Below are positions 34,411-46,480 of a DNA stretch of 64,000 nt, piece after piece. The position numbers were made by a program, and so were the translations under genes. Numbering within the stretch: the first letter of the stretch is position 1; the number at the start of each line of letters is the position of its first letter. This stretch comes from Mustelus asterias (Eukaryota), in contig NC_135812.1 in assembly GCF_964213995.1 (NCBI RefSeq), forward strand, positions 81,220,001-81,284,000, written 5' to 3'. Below the pieces are notes generated by a model that did no database searches, was not told where the DNA came from, and was given only the letters and a program-made list of their open reading frames with translations.

Positions 34411-35833
34411 AGACTAGCTGAACTAGTTGGGCGCTGGCACATGTTCCACGGGACAGGGCGTCTGGGGGCTCATTGAGCTTCCCAGGCCGGTACATGATAT
34501 CATATCTAAAGGTGGCGAGCTCAATCCTCCACCGCAAGATCTTATCATTTTTGATCTTGCCCCTCTGCCTGGTGTTGAACAGAAAGGCAACGGACCACTG
34601 GTCCGTAAGTAAAGTCAACCGTTGGCCCGCAAGGTAATGGCGCCAGTGCCGGACAGCTTCCACGATGGCCTGGGCCTCCTCCTCAACCAAGGAGTGTCAA
34701 ATCTCAGGGCCTTGTAGGGTCCGGGAAAAAAAGGCCATCGGACGGCCCCTTTGGTTAAGGGTGGCGGCTAGGGCAAAGTCAGATGCATCACTTTCCACTT
34801 GGAATGGGATGGATTCATCCACAGCATGCATCGCGGCCTTCGCGATGTCTGCTTTGATGTCGTCGAAGGCCAGATGGGCCTCCTCCGCCAGGGGAAAAGA
34901 GGTCGATTTGAGAAGCGAACGGGCTTTATCCGCATAACGGGGAACCCACTGGGCATAGTAGGAGAAGAAGCCCAGGCATCTCCTCAGTGCTTTGAGAGTA
35001 GTAGGGAGGGGAAGCTGCATAAGGGGAAGCTGCATAAGGGGACGCATACAGGCTGGATCGGGACCAAGGACACCATTTTCCACCACGTACCCAAGGATAG
35101 CGAGGCGGCGTGTCCGAAAGACACGCTTCGCCTTATTATATGTCAAATTCAGGAGAGTGGCAGTACGGAGGAATTTTTGTAAGTTGGCATCATGGTCCTG
35201 CAGGTCATGGCCGCAGATGGTGACATTATCCAGATACGGGAAAGTGGCCCGTAGCCCGTGCTGGTCCACCATTTGATCCATGGCCTGCTGGAAAACTGAG
35301 ACCCCATTGGTAACACCAAAAGGGACTCGGAGGAACTGGTAGAGGCGACCATCCGCCTCAAAGGCAGTATATGGGCGATCCTCCGAGTGGATAGGGAGCT
35401 GGTGGTAGGCCGATTTTAAATCAATCATGGAGAAAACACTATCGTGCACGATGCGATTGACCATGTCAGAGATGCGGGGAAGAGGGTGCGCATCTAGTTG
35501 CGTATACCTGTTTATGGTCTGGCTATAGTCGATCACTATGCGGTGTTTCTCCCCCGATTTAACTACGACCACCTGCGCCCTCCAGGGGCTGGTGCTGGCC
35601 TGAATGATCCCTTCCTTGAGCAAAGGTTGTACTTCGGACCGAATGAAGGCCCGGTCTTCCGCGCTATAGCGCCTACTTTTGGTGGCTATAGGCCTGCAAT
35701 CCGGGATGAGATTATCGAATAAAAGAGGTGGGGCAATCTTGAGGGTCGAGAGACTGCAGGTGGTGCGCGGGAGGCGCTTAAGTAACGGCACATTGCAGAC
35801 ACAGAGCGGGGAATAAGGGCCATCATACTGCAA
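34403..35833 (-). pseudogene. pol: Reverse transcriptase / RNase H (in-frame stop at 34697)
   Basis: SPW, IDYSQTIN, IDLKSAYHQ, VPFGVTNG, YLDN, LGFFSYY, ESDASD, LLTDQ. Confidence 0.95.
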
Positions 35834-35843
35834 AGTGACGCTC

Positions 35844-36290
35844 CTATGATGGATGGGGAAATCTAACCCCAGCAGTACAGCTGCAGAGTTGCGGCAGCAC
35901 GAGGAGCCGAAAACGCTCGTAGACTGTGCCCTGTACCGTCAGCGTCACCACGCAGCACCCAAGGACATCCACTGAGTGAGAATCCGAAGCCATGGAGATT
36001 GTCCGTCTCCAGGGCCGCATGGGAAGGGCATATCGACGCACTGTGCGAGGGTGTATAAAACTCTCTGTGCTCCCGCAGTCGAACAAACAGTTTTCTACAT
36101 GGTTGTTTACCTTAATCTCCATCGTTGACTTGGAGAGTTGGTGAGGCTGAGATTGGTCTAGACGAATTGATGCAACCGTCGAACCCAGTGAGTATTCATA
36201 TTCGTCTGCGTCTGATGATGTCGCGGATGAAGTTTCCCGCTCGGCACGCCTTGATGACGGCACCCAAGATGGCGATTTCCGTGCAGCCAC
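35844..36290 (-). pseudogene. Aspartic protease region
   Basis: CLFDCGSTESFI (D-S/T-G-like active site). Confidence 0.8.
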
Positions 36291-36345
36291 TGACTACATC
36301 AAAGATGCCGATTCCCGTGCAGCCACTGACTGCATCAAAGATGGC
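36267..36345. repeat. 36-bp tandem duplication in the gag-protease linker
   Basis: aagatggcgatttccgtgcagccactgactacatca followed by aagatgccgattcccgtgcagccactgactgcatca. Confidence 0.85.
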
Positions 36346-37088
36346 GGCACCCGCGGAACACACATGGCACCACGAGACTTTGTGATCGACTTCGCCCGGC
36401 AGACTTTGACGAAATGGCCTTGCTTACCGCATCCGGAGCAGATCGCATCCTTCGCCGGGCAGCGACGCCGAGGGTGGTTGGCTAGGCTGCAGAAGTAGCA
36501 TTTGAGCCCCGCTGGAACAGCCACTGCGGTGGAACCGTCGATGGAACGGCATGCATTCTAGGCCCTGAGATTGCGGGAGGCCGCTTCTAGGGATTCAGCC
36601 ATCGTGGCCGTTTTCTGGAGATCCAGGCCACCCTGTTCAAGCAGGCACTGCCGAATGTAAGTAGACTCAATACCTGCGACGTAGGCGTCCCGGAACATGT
36701 CCTCCGTGTTCTGAGCGGTTAAAACAGCCTTACAGTCGCAAGCTCGAGCTAGGACCCGCAGGGCGCGCAGAAACTTGGCGCACGATTCTCCTGGCTGCTG
36801 CCTGCGAGTAGCCAAGAAATGTCTGGCGTAGACCACATTAGGGCCCTTTTGAAACTGCCCTTTCAAGAGTTCTATAGTGTCCACGTATGTAGTAGCATCC
36901 CGGAATATACAGTAGACTGTATCGCTTACCTGGGCGCGGAGCACGCGGAGCTTATCACCGTCGGAGTCAATGACCGCAGAGGTGCTGATGAAAGCTTCAA
37001 AACAGTCCAGCCAATAGTCAAAACTATCAGAATCTCTGACCTCTTGAGGGTCCAAGGTTAATCTGTCAGGCTTCAAAAGCTGCTCCAT
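36294..37088 (-). pseudogene. gag: gag with two CCHC Zn-knuckles (in-frame stop at 36558)
   Basis: ATG at 37088 (MEQLLKPDRL), RQQPGES, CYFCSLANHPRRRC, CSGCGKQGHFVKVC. Confidence 0.9.
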
Positions 37089-37113
37089 ATCGGTCAAAGG
37101 TAATGAATGAAAT

Positions 37114-37324
37114 TGAAGCGCTATCAATTAGGCAAAAGACTACTTGTGTGCCAATACAACTGTAGGCTTTTATTCATTACAGAACTAGGAGCATATCCTA
37201 ACAGATAACCGACCCAAACTGAACAAGGGGGAGGGAACAGTCACCTTTATACTAGGTGACAAGGGGAGGAGCCAGCAGGGGATGTGTCCAGGCATGACAA
37301 ACACAACGGTGGTCCAGACAGGAC
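37114..37324 (-). repeat. 5' LTR, missing its outer ~25 bp
   Basis: Matches 32914-33127 and then runs directly into CR1 sequence; no TSD retained. Confidence 0.93.
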
Positions 37325-37757
37325 TTAAACCTGTGCCCCCTTGTAATTGACACTTCCACCCTTGGAAAAAGCCTTTGACTATCCACTCTGCTTATGCCTC
37401 TCATTTGTAGACCTCTATCAGGTCTCCCCTCATCCTCCATCTTTCCAGTGCAAACAATCCTAGTTTATTCAACCTCTCTTTGTTGTCAACGCCCTTGAGA
37501 CCAGGCAACATCCTGGTGAACCTTCTTTGCACTCTCTCCAAAGCTTCCACTTCCTTCTGATAGCAAGATGACCAGAACTGCATGTAATACTCCAAATGTA
37601 GTCTAACCAAGGTTTTATAGATCTGCAACATAATTTCCCAACTCTTGTACTCAATGCCTCAGCTGATGAAGGCAAGCATGCTATATGCTTTCTAATCACT
37701 TTGGCCACCTGTGTTGCCACTTTTAGGGAACTGTGGACCTGCACGCCCAGATCGCTC
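37325..37757 (-). mobile_element. CR1 LINE ORF2 fragment (upstream continuation of 32648-32913)
   Basis: YKTLVRLHLEYYMQFWS, LERVQRRFTRMLPG, RMRGDLIEVYK. Confidence 0.9.
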
Positions 37758-37766
37758 TGTTATTAT

Positions 37767-38601
37767 GGGCGGAATTTCTCCAAGTGCCATAACCGTGAGA
37801 ATACCGGACTGATCCGCGCTGGTCTCTCAGGTTCGCTCCGCACTACAATCATCCATACTTAGTCACATTTTTGGAGAGTGGCGTTACTGAGGGGGGTGGG
37901 GCCTAAACAAGCCCAGCTTCAGAACATTTGGGCACCAAGATCGCACAGTGCACTGGAAGACCCCTTCTTTCCCTCCTGCCCCACCCCCATGGACATCTAG
38001 ACCACACCCTCCCCATCAGTGGCATATTCCCCCGCTCCCTCCCCAACTTGGATCATCAGCATTGGGGCCCTCCCAATGGGGCCCCCTGCATGACCATTGA
38101 CAGGCTCCCTCGTTATGACCCCTTCATGATCCACACCTGTACGAGCCACATCCCCACTTGGGCCCCACCCCTTTGGCACTGCCCCTGGCATACTGGCAGT
38201 GCCCAACTGACACTGCCAGGTGGGCACTGCCGGCCAGGCTCCCAACCACCCAATGACCAACGCTTCAATGGCCTCTGATTTCTCTCCCCCCCCCCCCCCC
38301 CCGCACCATGTACCCATCATGCCTGGTTTCCGCTAATGGAGACCAGTACTAATTCAGTGACCTCCCACTGAAAAGGTGGGAACCTTCGTGTGGTTGTACT
38401 TGCTAATGAGACAGAAATTCAGTCAATCTCCTGCTAATCCGATTTGTGCTCTTTCCGGGCGTGTTCCGGTTCATGCCAGTAGAAAGTGGCCTGAACGGTT
38501 GCAAGTCTTTGCTGGGTGCAGATTGGATATTTAGGCCTGCACGCTAATTTCCGGGATCAGCATGATCTGCGCCAGATCCGGCGAGGTCGGAAAATTGCCC
38601 C
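37767..38601. mobile_element. Non-autonomous Harbinger-like element
   Basis: Termini gggcggaatttctcc / ggaaaattgcccc; 3-bp TSD TAT on both sides. Confidence 0.7.
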
Positions 38602-39964
38602 CTATGTTTCTGACTTGTTCTTTCGTGCAGATTAATATGAGAGATGTTATTGCTGCCGAGTGCAACATTCTCCTATCTGTGACGCTTTGGATTGTGTCCA
38701 CATCAGACCCTTTTCACTTTTCTTTAGAAAGGACATTCCTGGCTCCAATCAGTGTGTTCTTTCTTCAATCACTTTACCAGCAATCTTCACTAACCGCTCT
38801 GAGTAAGGGATGAACAATTGCTGGCTTTGCCTGTGACATTCACATCCCATAGAAGGATAAAAAATGTATATAAGGTGACCAAATTCTTGTCAATTTGTGA
38901 AGCAATCTTGGGTGTTGCGCCCATGTCCAATGAGACCTTGGTAAAATTGGTCAATTGTATTTAGAAGCCTTTAGAGAGAGGAGATTTTTCATGCAATTAC
39001 ACTGGAACATGGTGGAACAGACCTGAGAGAGTGAGGATGGTGTTCTAATTCAACGTATGATTCAGCCACCCAGTTGTGAATTACTTTTTTTTCAGTTGGA
39101 AAATGGGATGTGCTGCTTTGTGGTGGGTAATGACCCCCAACTGGTTATTTCCATATCTGTAGTTGTGCACTGACTGACGACACTCAGTTAATTGGAGAAA
39201 TGTGGTGGAAAATCCACCAGTATAAATGTTGTTGGTAGCAGTTACTCTAAGGTGACCTGGCAAAGCAGCAGAAATTATGGTGAGATTTTCACTCAGTAAA
39301 CAGTTTGTGAAATCATTAATTCAGGATTTGCCTACTGAGTTCCAATTGCCTTTAACATTGTTTTTCAATTAAGATTATGTAATTCATGCAGGCTTTGTAA
39401 ATTGCTACTTTCCCCTTCTCACCAGGTCACCTTATTGCTGATGTGCAGCTCCTGATGCTTGAGTGATTTGATCTAAATATGCTCCTGTGAGCAGTTTAAT
39501 AATAGTGTTGGAGTATCAAGGCAACACTCAACTTAAGTTAAACACCACGAGGAGCTAACGCGGATCTTCTTAATTGAAACTTGCATGGGCACATTTTCTG
39601 GCCTTTTTGTCCCCTGTTGATGAACCCAGTTGACTTCAAATTGATCTGGCATTACTCCACTCATTAGTGCCGCTTGAATCTCCAAACTGGTGGTAAATAT
39701 ACTATTTGCATATTTACGACTGGCAAAAATGTTCATATCACCACCGAGTCCACCCAGGGAGACTTGTGTTAGAAATATGACAGAAAATCCATTTTGGAGT
39801 GATATTATTGAGAAAACAAGAATTACTGGTTCAGACTGAATGTGCCTATAAGTGCGGTTTTACTGTAAATACTTGTCAGTGATTGCTAGCTATAATATTG
39901 ATACCGATCGAACAATATACTCAACTAAACTGCCTGAATTTGACTTAATTCTGTAGTCATGGTC

Positions 39965-40290
39965 ATCGAATCATACAGTGCAGAAGAGGCCCTTCAGCTC
40001 ATCTGCACCAACACATTCGAAACACCTGAACTCCCACCTAATCCCATCTGCCAGCACTTGACCCATAGTCTTGAATGTTATGACATGTCAGGTGCTCATC
40101 CAGGAACTTTTTAAAGGGTGTGAGACAACCCGCCTCTACCACCCTCCCAGGCAGCGCAATCCAGACCGTCACCACCCTCTGGGTAAAAAAACGTTTTTCC
40201 TCACTGCCTCCCCCGGCCCAAACCTCCTGCCCCTCACCTTGAACCTAGGTTCCCTTGTGACTGATCCTTCAACTAAGGGTCAGTCACGAC
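39965..40290 (-). mobile_element. CR1 3' fragment
   Basis: Reverse complement of gtcacaaggg...ttttacccagagggtggtgacggtctgga; inverted partner at 41025-41325. Confidence 0.85.
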
Positions 40291-40552
40291 TCCTTATCCA
40301 CTCTACCATATCCCTCATTGAAATGAATTGAGGTGAAAACAGGAGCGTTCGTGATCTTCATATTTTAATCAACTTCTGATATGTTTAAAAAGTGCTTTGG
40401 AGATTCAAAGCCTTTGAGCAATTTTAAAACTGTGTTTATACTGGGCCAGGGTTACGATCTGTGTGATGACAAATCCAAACAGGAACTATTTCCTCTTGAG
40501 ACCGCTCCATACTGATGGTTAGGACAGGTCATGAGTTGCAACGTGACTTTCA

Positions 40553-40855
40553 TGGTAGCACAGTGGTTAGCATTGCTGCCTCACAGAGCTACAGACCCCA
40601 GTTCGATTCCCGGCTTGGGTCACTGTCTGTGCGGAGTCTGCACATCCTCCCTGTGTCTGCATGGGTTTCCTCCGGGTGCTCTGGTTTCCTCTCACAGTCC
40701 AAAAGACACATTGGTTGGATGCATTGGCTATGCTGAAATCTCCCTCAGTGAACCCGAACAGACGCCGGAGTGTGGCAAATAGGGGATTTTCAGAGTAACT
40801 TTATTGCAGCATTAATATAAGCCTACTTGTGACACTAATTAATAAATAAACTTTA
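40553..40855 (+). mobile_element. V-SINE, short-tail subfamily
   Basis: A and B boxes plus aagcctacttgtgacactaa tail. Confidence 0.9.
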
Positions 40856-41024
40856 AAAAAACTTCTGTGATAGTATCTATTGAATGTGTCTTTAAATTTA
40901 CCTGCTAGTTTTTACACCTTCACTTTAATCAAAGACCACTTAAGGGCCTTAATAGGCAAATGGGTGAGTTTCCCACCAGAGGCCCGAACTGCCCAAGCGT
41001 TGAATTATGTCTGGGTTTAGCTGA

Positions 41025-41325
41025 GTGGGTTCTTGGCTGAAGGGTCAGTCACGAGGGGACATAGGTTCAAGGTGAGGGGCAGGAGATTTGGGAAGGATGT
41101 GAGGAGAAACTTTTTTACCCAGAGGGTGGTGACGGTCTGGAAGGCACTGCCTGGTAGGGTGGTAGAGGCGGGTTGCCTCACACACTTTTTAAAATGAATC
41201 TGGATGAGCACTTGGCATGTCATAACATTCAAGGTTAAGCATCACGAGCAGGTAGATGGGATTAGGTGTGAGTTCAGGTGTTTCTAATGTGTTGGTGTAG
41301 ATTCAATGGGCCGAAGGGCCTTTTG
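41025..41325 (+). mobile_element. CR1 3' fragment inside a palindromic MITE-like element (about 40935-41820)
   Basis: AEGSVTRGHRFKVRGRRF..DVRRNFFTQRVV; flanking cacttaagggcctt / aaggcccttaagtg. Confidence 0.8.
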
Positions 41326-42321
41326 CCAACTAAGGCCCTTAAGTGGCCACTTAATGGCTTTTAGAGCTTTATCCTGCCCAAACTCAATTTTTAGGTGGGC
41401 AGGTGTTGGGAGGGTGGGAAAGTAACACTTGCACTTTTCCCCATCTCTAGTGGGAAGTAAGGGGGGGGGGGGGACACTGGGACCACCCCCATCTGTCGGG
41501 GCATTAGATCTCCGAGGCCCTTGGGACTTTCTTTTTCAAAGGTGCTGGGACTAAGTCCGAAGCAGAGCACTGCAGTACTACTTCTGGCCACTGCAGTGCT
41601 CTACCTGGTCGGGTTGAAGAATTGTCAGCCAGTCTGATTGGCTGACAGCTCTCATAGGTGGGACTTCTTTCCAAGGGCAGATGGAGGCCCTGTCCACTGC
41701 CAGTCAATGCTCAAGTGAGCATTAAATGGCAGTGGGACTAGAAAGAGTCAGTGGCTGCCCAATAGGTGCCAATTCTCAGGATGGCGAGTGCCAATTGTTT
41801 GCCATCCTTAAAATCCTACCCTACGTGTTTTCACCCCCATTGTGTCAGTGATTGTGAGCCGACCTGCTTCTTAAGATTGTTCCCTCTGCAGCTTTGTTTT
41901 TCTTTGCTGTGTCCACACTGTTCCTGTGTGCATTTGTTCCCTCCCCAGGGTTAATTAATGTACACTGCCTGAGGTCGGTTACGTATTTGGAAGTGAAGGC
42001 TGAAGAGTAGCAGTGAGGAGAGCATTTTGATAGTAGTGATCATAATTCAGCTAGGTTTAGAATAATGATGTTAAAGGACAAAGGTGGACGAGGAGTAAAA
42101 GTTCTAAATTGGGGAAAGGAAAATTTTACGAAACTAAGATTTTTTTGGCAAAAATAAACTAGAAACATGGGCCTAGATCTTCCAGTCAGAATAATGCTGC
42201 ACATGTTGCCACTGCCCGCAAAGATTTCTAAGACCCGATCAAATTGTAATATTTCAGCCAGGATTTCTGATCCCAGCTGAAGCAGCAATGAGTCAGTGCA
42301 GCCATTCGTATAATTATATGA

Positions 42322-42573
42322 GACTATTCAGCCCATCAAGCCTGCACCAACAACAATCCACTCAGACCCTATCCCTTTAACCCACGTATTTACCCTGCTA
42401 ATCCCCCTGACACTAAGGGGCAATAAACCTAACCCGTACATCTTTAGATTGTGGGAGGAAACCGGAGCACCTGAAGGAAACCCATGCAGCCACAAGAAGA
42501 ACATGCACACTCCACACAGACAGTCGCCTGCGTCCCTGGCACTGTGAGGTGGCAGTGCTAACCACTGTAACAT
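42322..42573 (-). mobile_element. HE1-type V-SINE
   Basis: ggaggaaaccggagcacctgaaggaaaccc...gctaaccactgt. Confidence 0.85.
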
Positions 42574-43263
42574 GGGTGGCCATTTTGCTAAAGATTAAGG
42601 ATGCGATATCTCGCACTGGTCTATCGGTGTGGTGAGCCAGTAAGATAGGGCAAGAGGCAAAAACATGGGTTCACACCTGGTCGTTCACCTCTCCCAATCA
42701 TACAGACACAGTTTTGCCGGTGAAATGTAATGACAGCATTTAAATGTCATTAGTGAGTCCCGGACTTGCCCTTACTTGCTTGCCCGTCAAACTTCTCACC
42801 AATCGAGCTTCTCACTGGCAAGAATCACAGCTGGTCTACATTGGCGGAGACCAGATGTGATGGCCTCACCATTGGGACAGGAGGCCATTGCAACCCCCAA
42901 CTGGTTGGGTGCAGGGCCGGACAGTTTCCTTTGGACAATGCCAGCCAAGCACTCTTACACTGCCCAATGGGCCAAGGGGATGGGACTGGGGTTTGAGGGG
43001 GGTAGAGAGGTGGCAGGGGAGAGCTCCAGGTGGGGAGGAGAGAAGGGAGGAACTCTGCAAAGGGGGCGACTGGAGGGGGGACGGTGGAAGACCAGCACAG
43101 AGAGAAATCAATGGGGGGGGAAGGGGATGATGGGACACCTGAGCAATGGCACCCCAAGAGCTCTGCAGCCGGCTTTGAGTGAGTTTAGGCTCCACCCTTC
43201 CCCCTACTGGCGAAAATCGCATTCTGACTCTTAGTTGCACTAACAGTCGTAAGATTGCGACTC
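42574..43263. mobile_element. Probable Harbinger-like non-autonomous element
   Basis: GC-rich interior with G-runs like the other MITEs; degenerate termini. Confidence 0.4.
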
Positions 43264-45082
43264 ACAGCTTAGGCCAACCTGAATTTTCCAATTGGCCTTG
43301 CATTATCAGGATCCCTGTGTATGGAGATCAGCTCTTCAAAGAATGCATCGTAGAGAGTGCAACAGCAATTATTTTTAGCAATCTTATTGCTGAGGGCTTG
43401 GAGTGGATCACAAACTGTTCCATTCTGTTTCTAGGCACAGGGGAACAATATAACAGCCTGAAGGGTTTGGGAGGGGGGCATCCTGCTTGCCTGGATTCAG
43501 CTGCAGTCAGGGGTAGCATAATGGTCCGGTTGCTTGGAAATAGAGAAGCTGGAGAGTGGATATCTCAAAATGGAAGTACCCTTTCTCTTCGTTGCCTAAC
43601 ACTGCAGCCAACTAGTTGGAAGACTTTGAGAGCCTGCCCACCTTCCTTAATTGGACTGCGAACCACCCTCGGGCCATAAGTTGGCCAATTTGGGGAAAAT
43701 TACAGCTGGGTTTCTAACCCCCATTTGACCGTTATTGTAGGGTTCCAAAGCCCTTGGGATATCTTGCCCATTACGAGCAAAATGGCTCCATTATGTGTTG
43801 TTACATTCTCTATGTTGCTTTGTTTTGACATCTTATAAACCTATCTGACACTCATTCCCATTACAAATTGCCAGCGGCATGCTCATTTTTACAATCTGGC
43901 ATTTTGTGTTTATTAGTCACAGTAGGCTTTGATGTCTGAATTATATTTCCTATTCGTTATCGCCACACTCTCCTTGCTGAGTCTCATTGTACTGTTCAAT
44001 GGTGTTGAACATGATAATGTTACTCTGGGAAATGAGGGATGATATTGTGATATAAGTGCTTGGAGAAACTAATATGAGTGCATCATGTACGCTCCACTGT
44101 TGTCACCGTGGGGTGGTCTTGACTTCGGAATTCGAAAGAGGACAAAACATAATCGGTATAATTTAATAATTCACAGGAAACTGCAAACTAATTTATATCA
44201 TAAAATCACGAGGATTTGCTGCTACCAGCAAATATCCTTCTAACATATTAAAATAGACCTAGTAGTAGCAATGCCTAAATAAAGCGTATACTTTAAGAGA
44301 AGCATTTAATAAAATCAAGTTAGATGAAAAAAATTGGCATAGTTTAAAGAATGCTGTCAAGTTTCTAAGTACTTGAATATGTTGTGTCATGTGTTTCTGA
44401 TTTCTGCACATATCTTATTGTTGAATTTGCAAACGCAACTAACTGTTTAGAGGACAGTTTGGGAAAAAGAAAAGGTACGTGAAAAATGTTCAAAGTCCGA
44501 GAAACTGCATTCAGTGTTACGTTCACTGATGGAGAGACATCAAGGGAGTTAGGGGCAAACCACAAATTGCTGAGTATCCAGACTGTTTTGGTCATCACAG
44601 TGCCATTCTGATTGGCTTAATTACATTTCTGGTCATTGGTGACTCCGAGGATATTGATGGTGGAAGGTGTGGTATTTTTAAAGGATAGGCTTGCCGACCA
44701 CAAAGGTATAAACAAACAACAGCTTTATTGGAAAATGTTTACTCTACAGGCTGTGAAGTCTTTGACTCTTGCATTATCAGGGGAATGTTAAATGAAAAAG
44801 AAGAATGATTTGCCTTTATATTGCACCTTTCATGACCGCTGGATGTCACAAAGCACTTTACAGCCAATTAACTACTTTTCAATGTATTGTCGCTGTGGCA
44901 GTGTGAGAAATGTGGCTTCCTCAAAACAAGGTGATAATTGAGTTGAATGCTTTATTGAGGTTGAGCAGCCTTATTCATTCTAGACCTTCTAGTGTAATAA
45001 AGCCTTTGCTAAAGAAGGTGACTAAGGATCCTGCCCCAAGTAACTCAAACAACAATGTCCAGCAGCTGTTATGATTGGCCAT

Positions 45083-45550
45083 TGGGTGGGATTTCATGTT
45101 TATTTTTAAGATGGGAAATTTGGTGTGTAGCCCGCCGGCTCCACTGCTGGCTTTTCCCGCCATATTTTTTTTTGTCACTCAATCAAAGCCTGCCCACCAA
45201 CACCAGCCTTCAAGAGAACTGGGTGTCCTTTAGATCTGAACATAATAAAACAAAAAGGAAGTGGTTTTCCCTCCCATGGACACGGGAATGCCCCACACAC
45301 GCACGCCGCCATGGACACAGGCCAGGGGCACTGCAAGGGTATTGCACAGGCATGACCCTCTCCCCCTGGGGGCTGTACCTACCTGTATCCTGACCCTTCA
45401 TGGTGGGTACACTAATAAATCATTGGTGTGGTGTGGGGATAATCGAACAGGGAAATCCTGTTGGCATGGAAGTTGTTAAGGAACTTCCCCTCGATTCTCC
45501 ATCACGCCATCGTTCCCACCCACCAAAAATGGGGATGGAAAATCCACCCC
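45083..45550. mobile_element. Harbinger-like MITE (same family as 54654-55117)
   Basis: TIRs gggtgggatttc / gaaaatccaccc; shared core ggcatgaccctctccccctgggggctgtacctacctg. Confidence 0.7.
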
Positions 45551-45944
45551 CTCCCCTTGTGTTTTCCTGACTCCTGGGTTTCCTACTGGTCCAACATTCC
45601 CTACTCCTCACCACATTCCAACATGACCTTTCTAGGACATCTTTAGTGGCATTCTCTGTCAAATGTTGCCTTGATGTCCAGGGCAGCTACACAACCTCTT
45701 CTCTGCTGTTTAGCTCTTGTGTCTGTGACTGGATCAGGAAATGGTGAGGACATAATCCCAAGTGACTCTTGTGAAACAGTTCACCGGTGAGCATTTGACA
45801 CTTACTGGGAATATTGGTTATGTATTCCTTTACCTTGTTGATGATTGGGAGAAGACTGATGGGATTGTAATTGGCTGGTCTTCAGTTGTCCTGTAAGTAT
45901 GACTCTGACCTTCAATTGCTTTCTATTTCAATTAACTATCTTGC

Positions 45945-46480
45945 TCTCACGCTCACATTTCTGCCCTTGGCCTGCTACAATGTTCCCGTTAAGCCCTACC
46001 AAGACTTATCTTCTGATTAAGCACTTTACAGCCTTCTGGACTCAACATTGAGTTCAACAACTTCAGACCATGAACTCTGTCCTCCACTTTGATTTATTTC
46101 CCCCAAGTGTCAGTCTATATCTCGTTCTCATGTTTTTGATTTAGTGCAGACCTTTTTCAGCTTCCTGACAATGCTGACCTTAATTTTGCTATGAGCACCT
46201 ATTCTGGACCAATGCTTTGTGCCGTTTAATAAAATCATTACCGTTCTCTTTGCCTTGTGTTCCATGACATCCTTGTCATTCAAACTCCCCTCCCTCTAAC
46301 TTATTCCTGACCTCTTTTGCTCCACCTACCCTGCACCTTTTTACAACAGCCTTAAACCCATTACCTTCCTACCCCTCTACTGTTCCAAAGAAGAGTCATA
46401 TTGGACATGAAATGTTAACTCTGTTCCTCACTCCCCAGAAGCTGCCAGACCTGCTCAATTTTTCTTAGCAGTTTTTAAAT
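45945..46480 (+). mobile_element. Penelope-like element 3' end and pLTR, degraded
   Basis: ggcctgctacaatgttcc, cagccttctggactcaacattgagttcaacaacttcag, aagaagagtcatattggacatgaaatgttaactct. Confidence 0.6.

Larger units (their letters stand above)
32914..37324 (-). mobile_element. Near full-length Gypsy (Metaviridae) LTR retrotransposon, inactivated
   Basis: Two LTRs, PPT, and gag-PR-RT-RH-IN domain order. Confidence 0.97.

Noticed and set aside
38285-38302. Poly-C/G runs (also 41460, 55770, 60375) as G-quadruplex regulatory elements
   Set aside because: They are homopolymer tracts inside MITEs and SINEs, common and prone to slippage
39685-39725. Hairpin with an octamer motif (gtaaatat...atttgcat...atatttac)
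   Set aside because: Short and imperfect; most likely the internal palindrome of an old MITE
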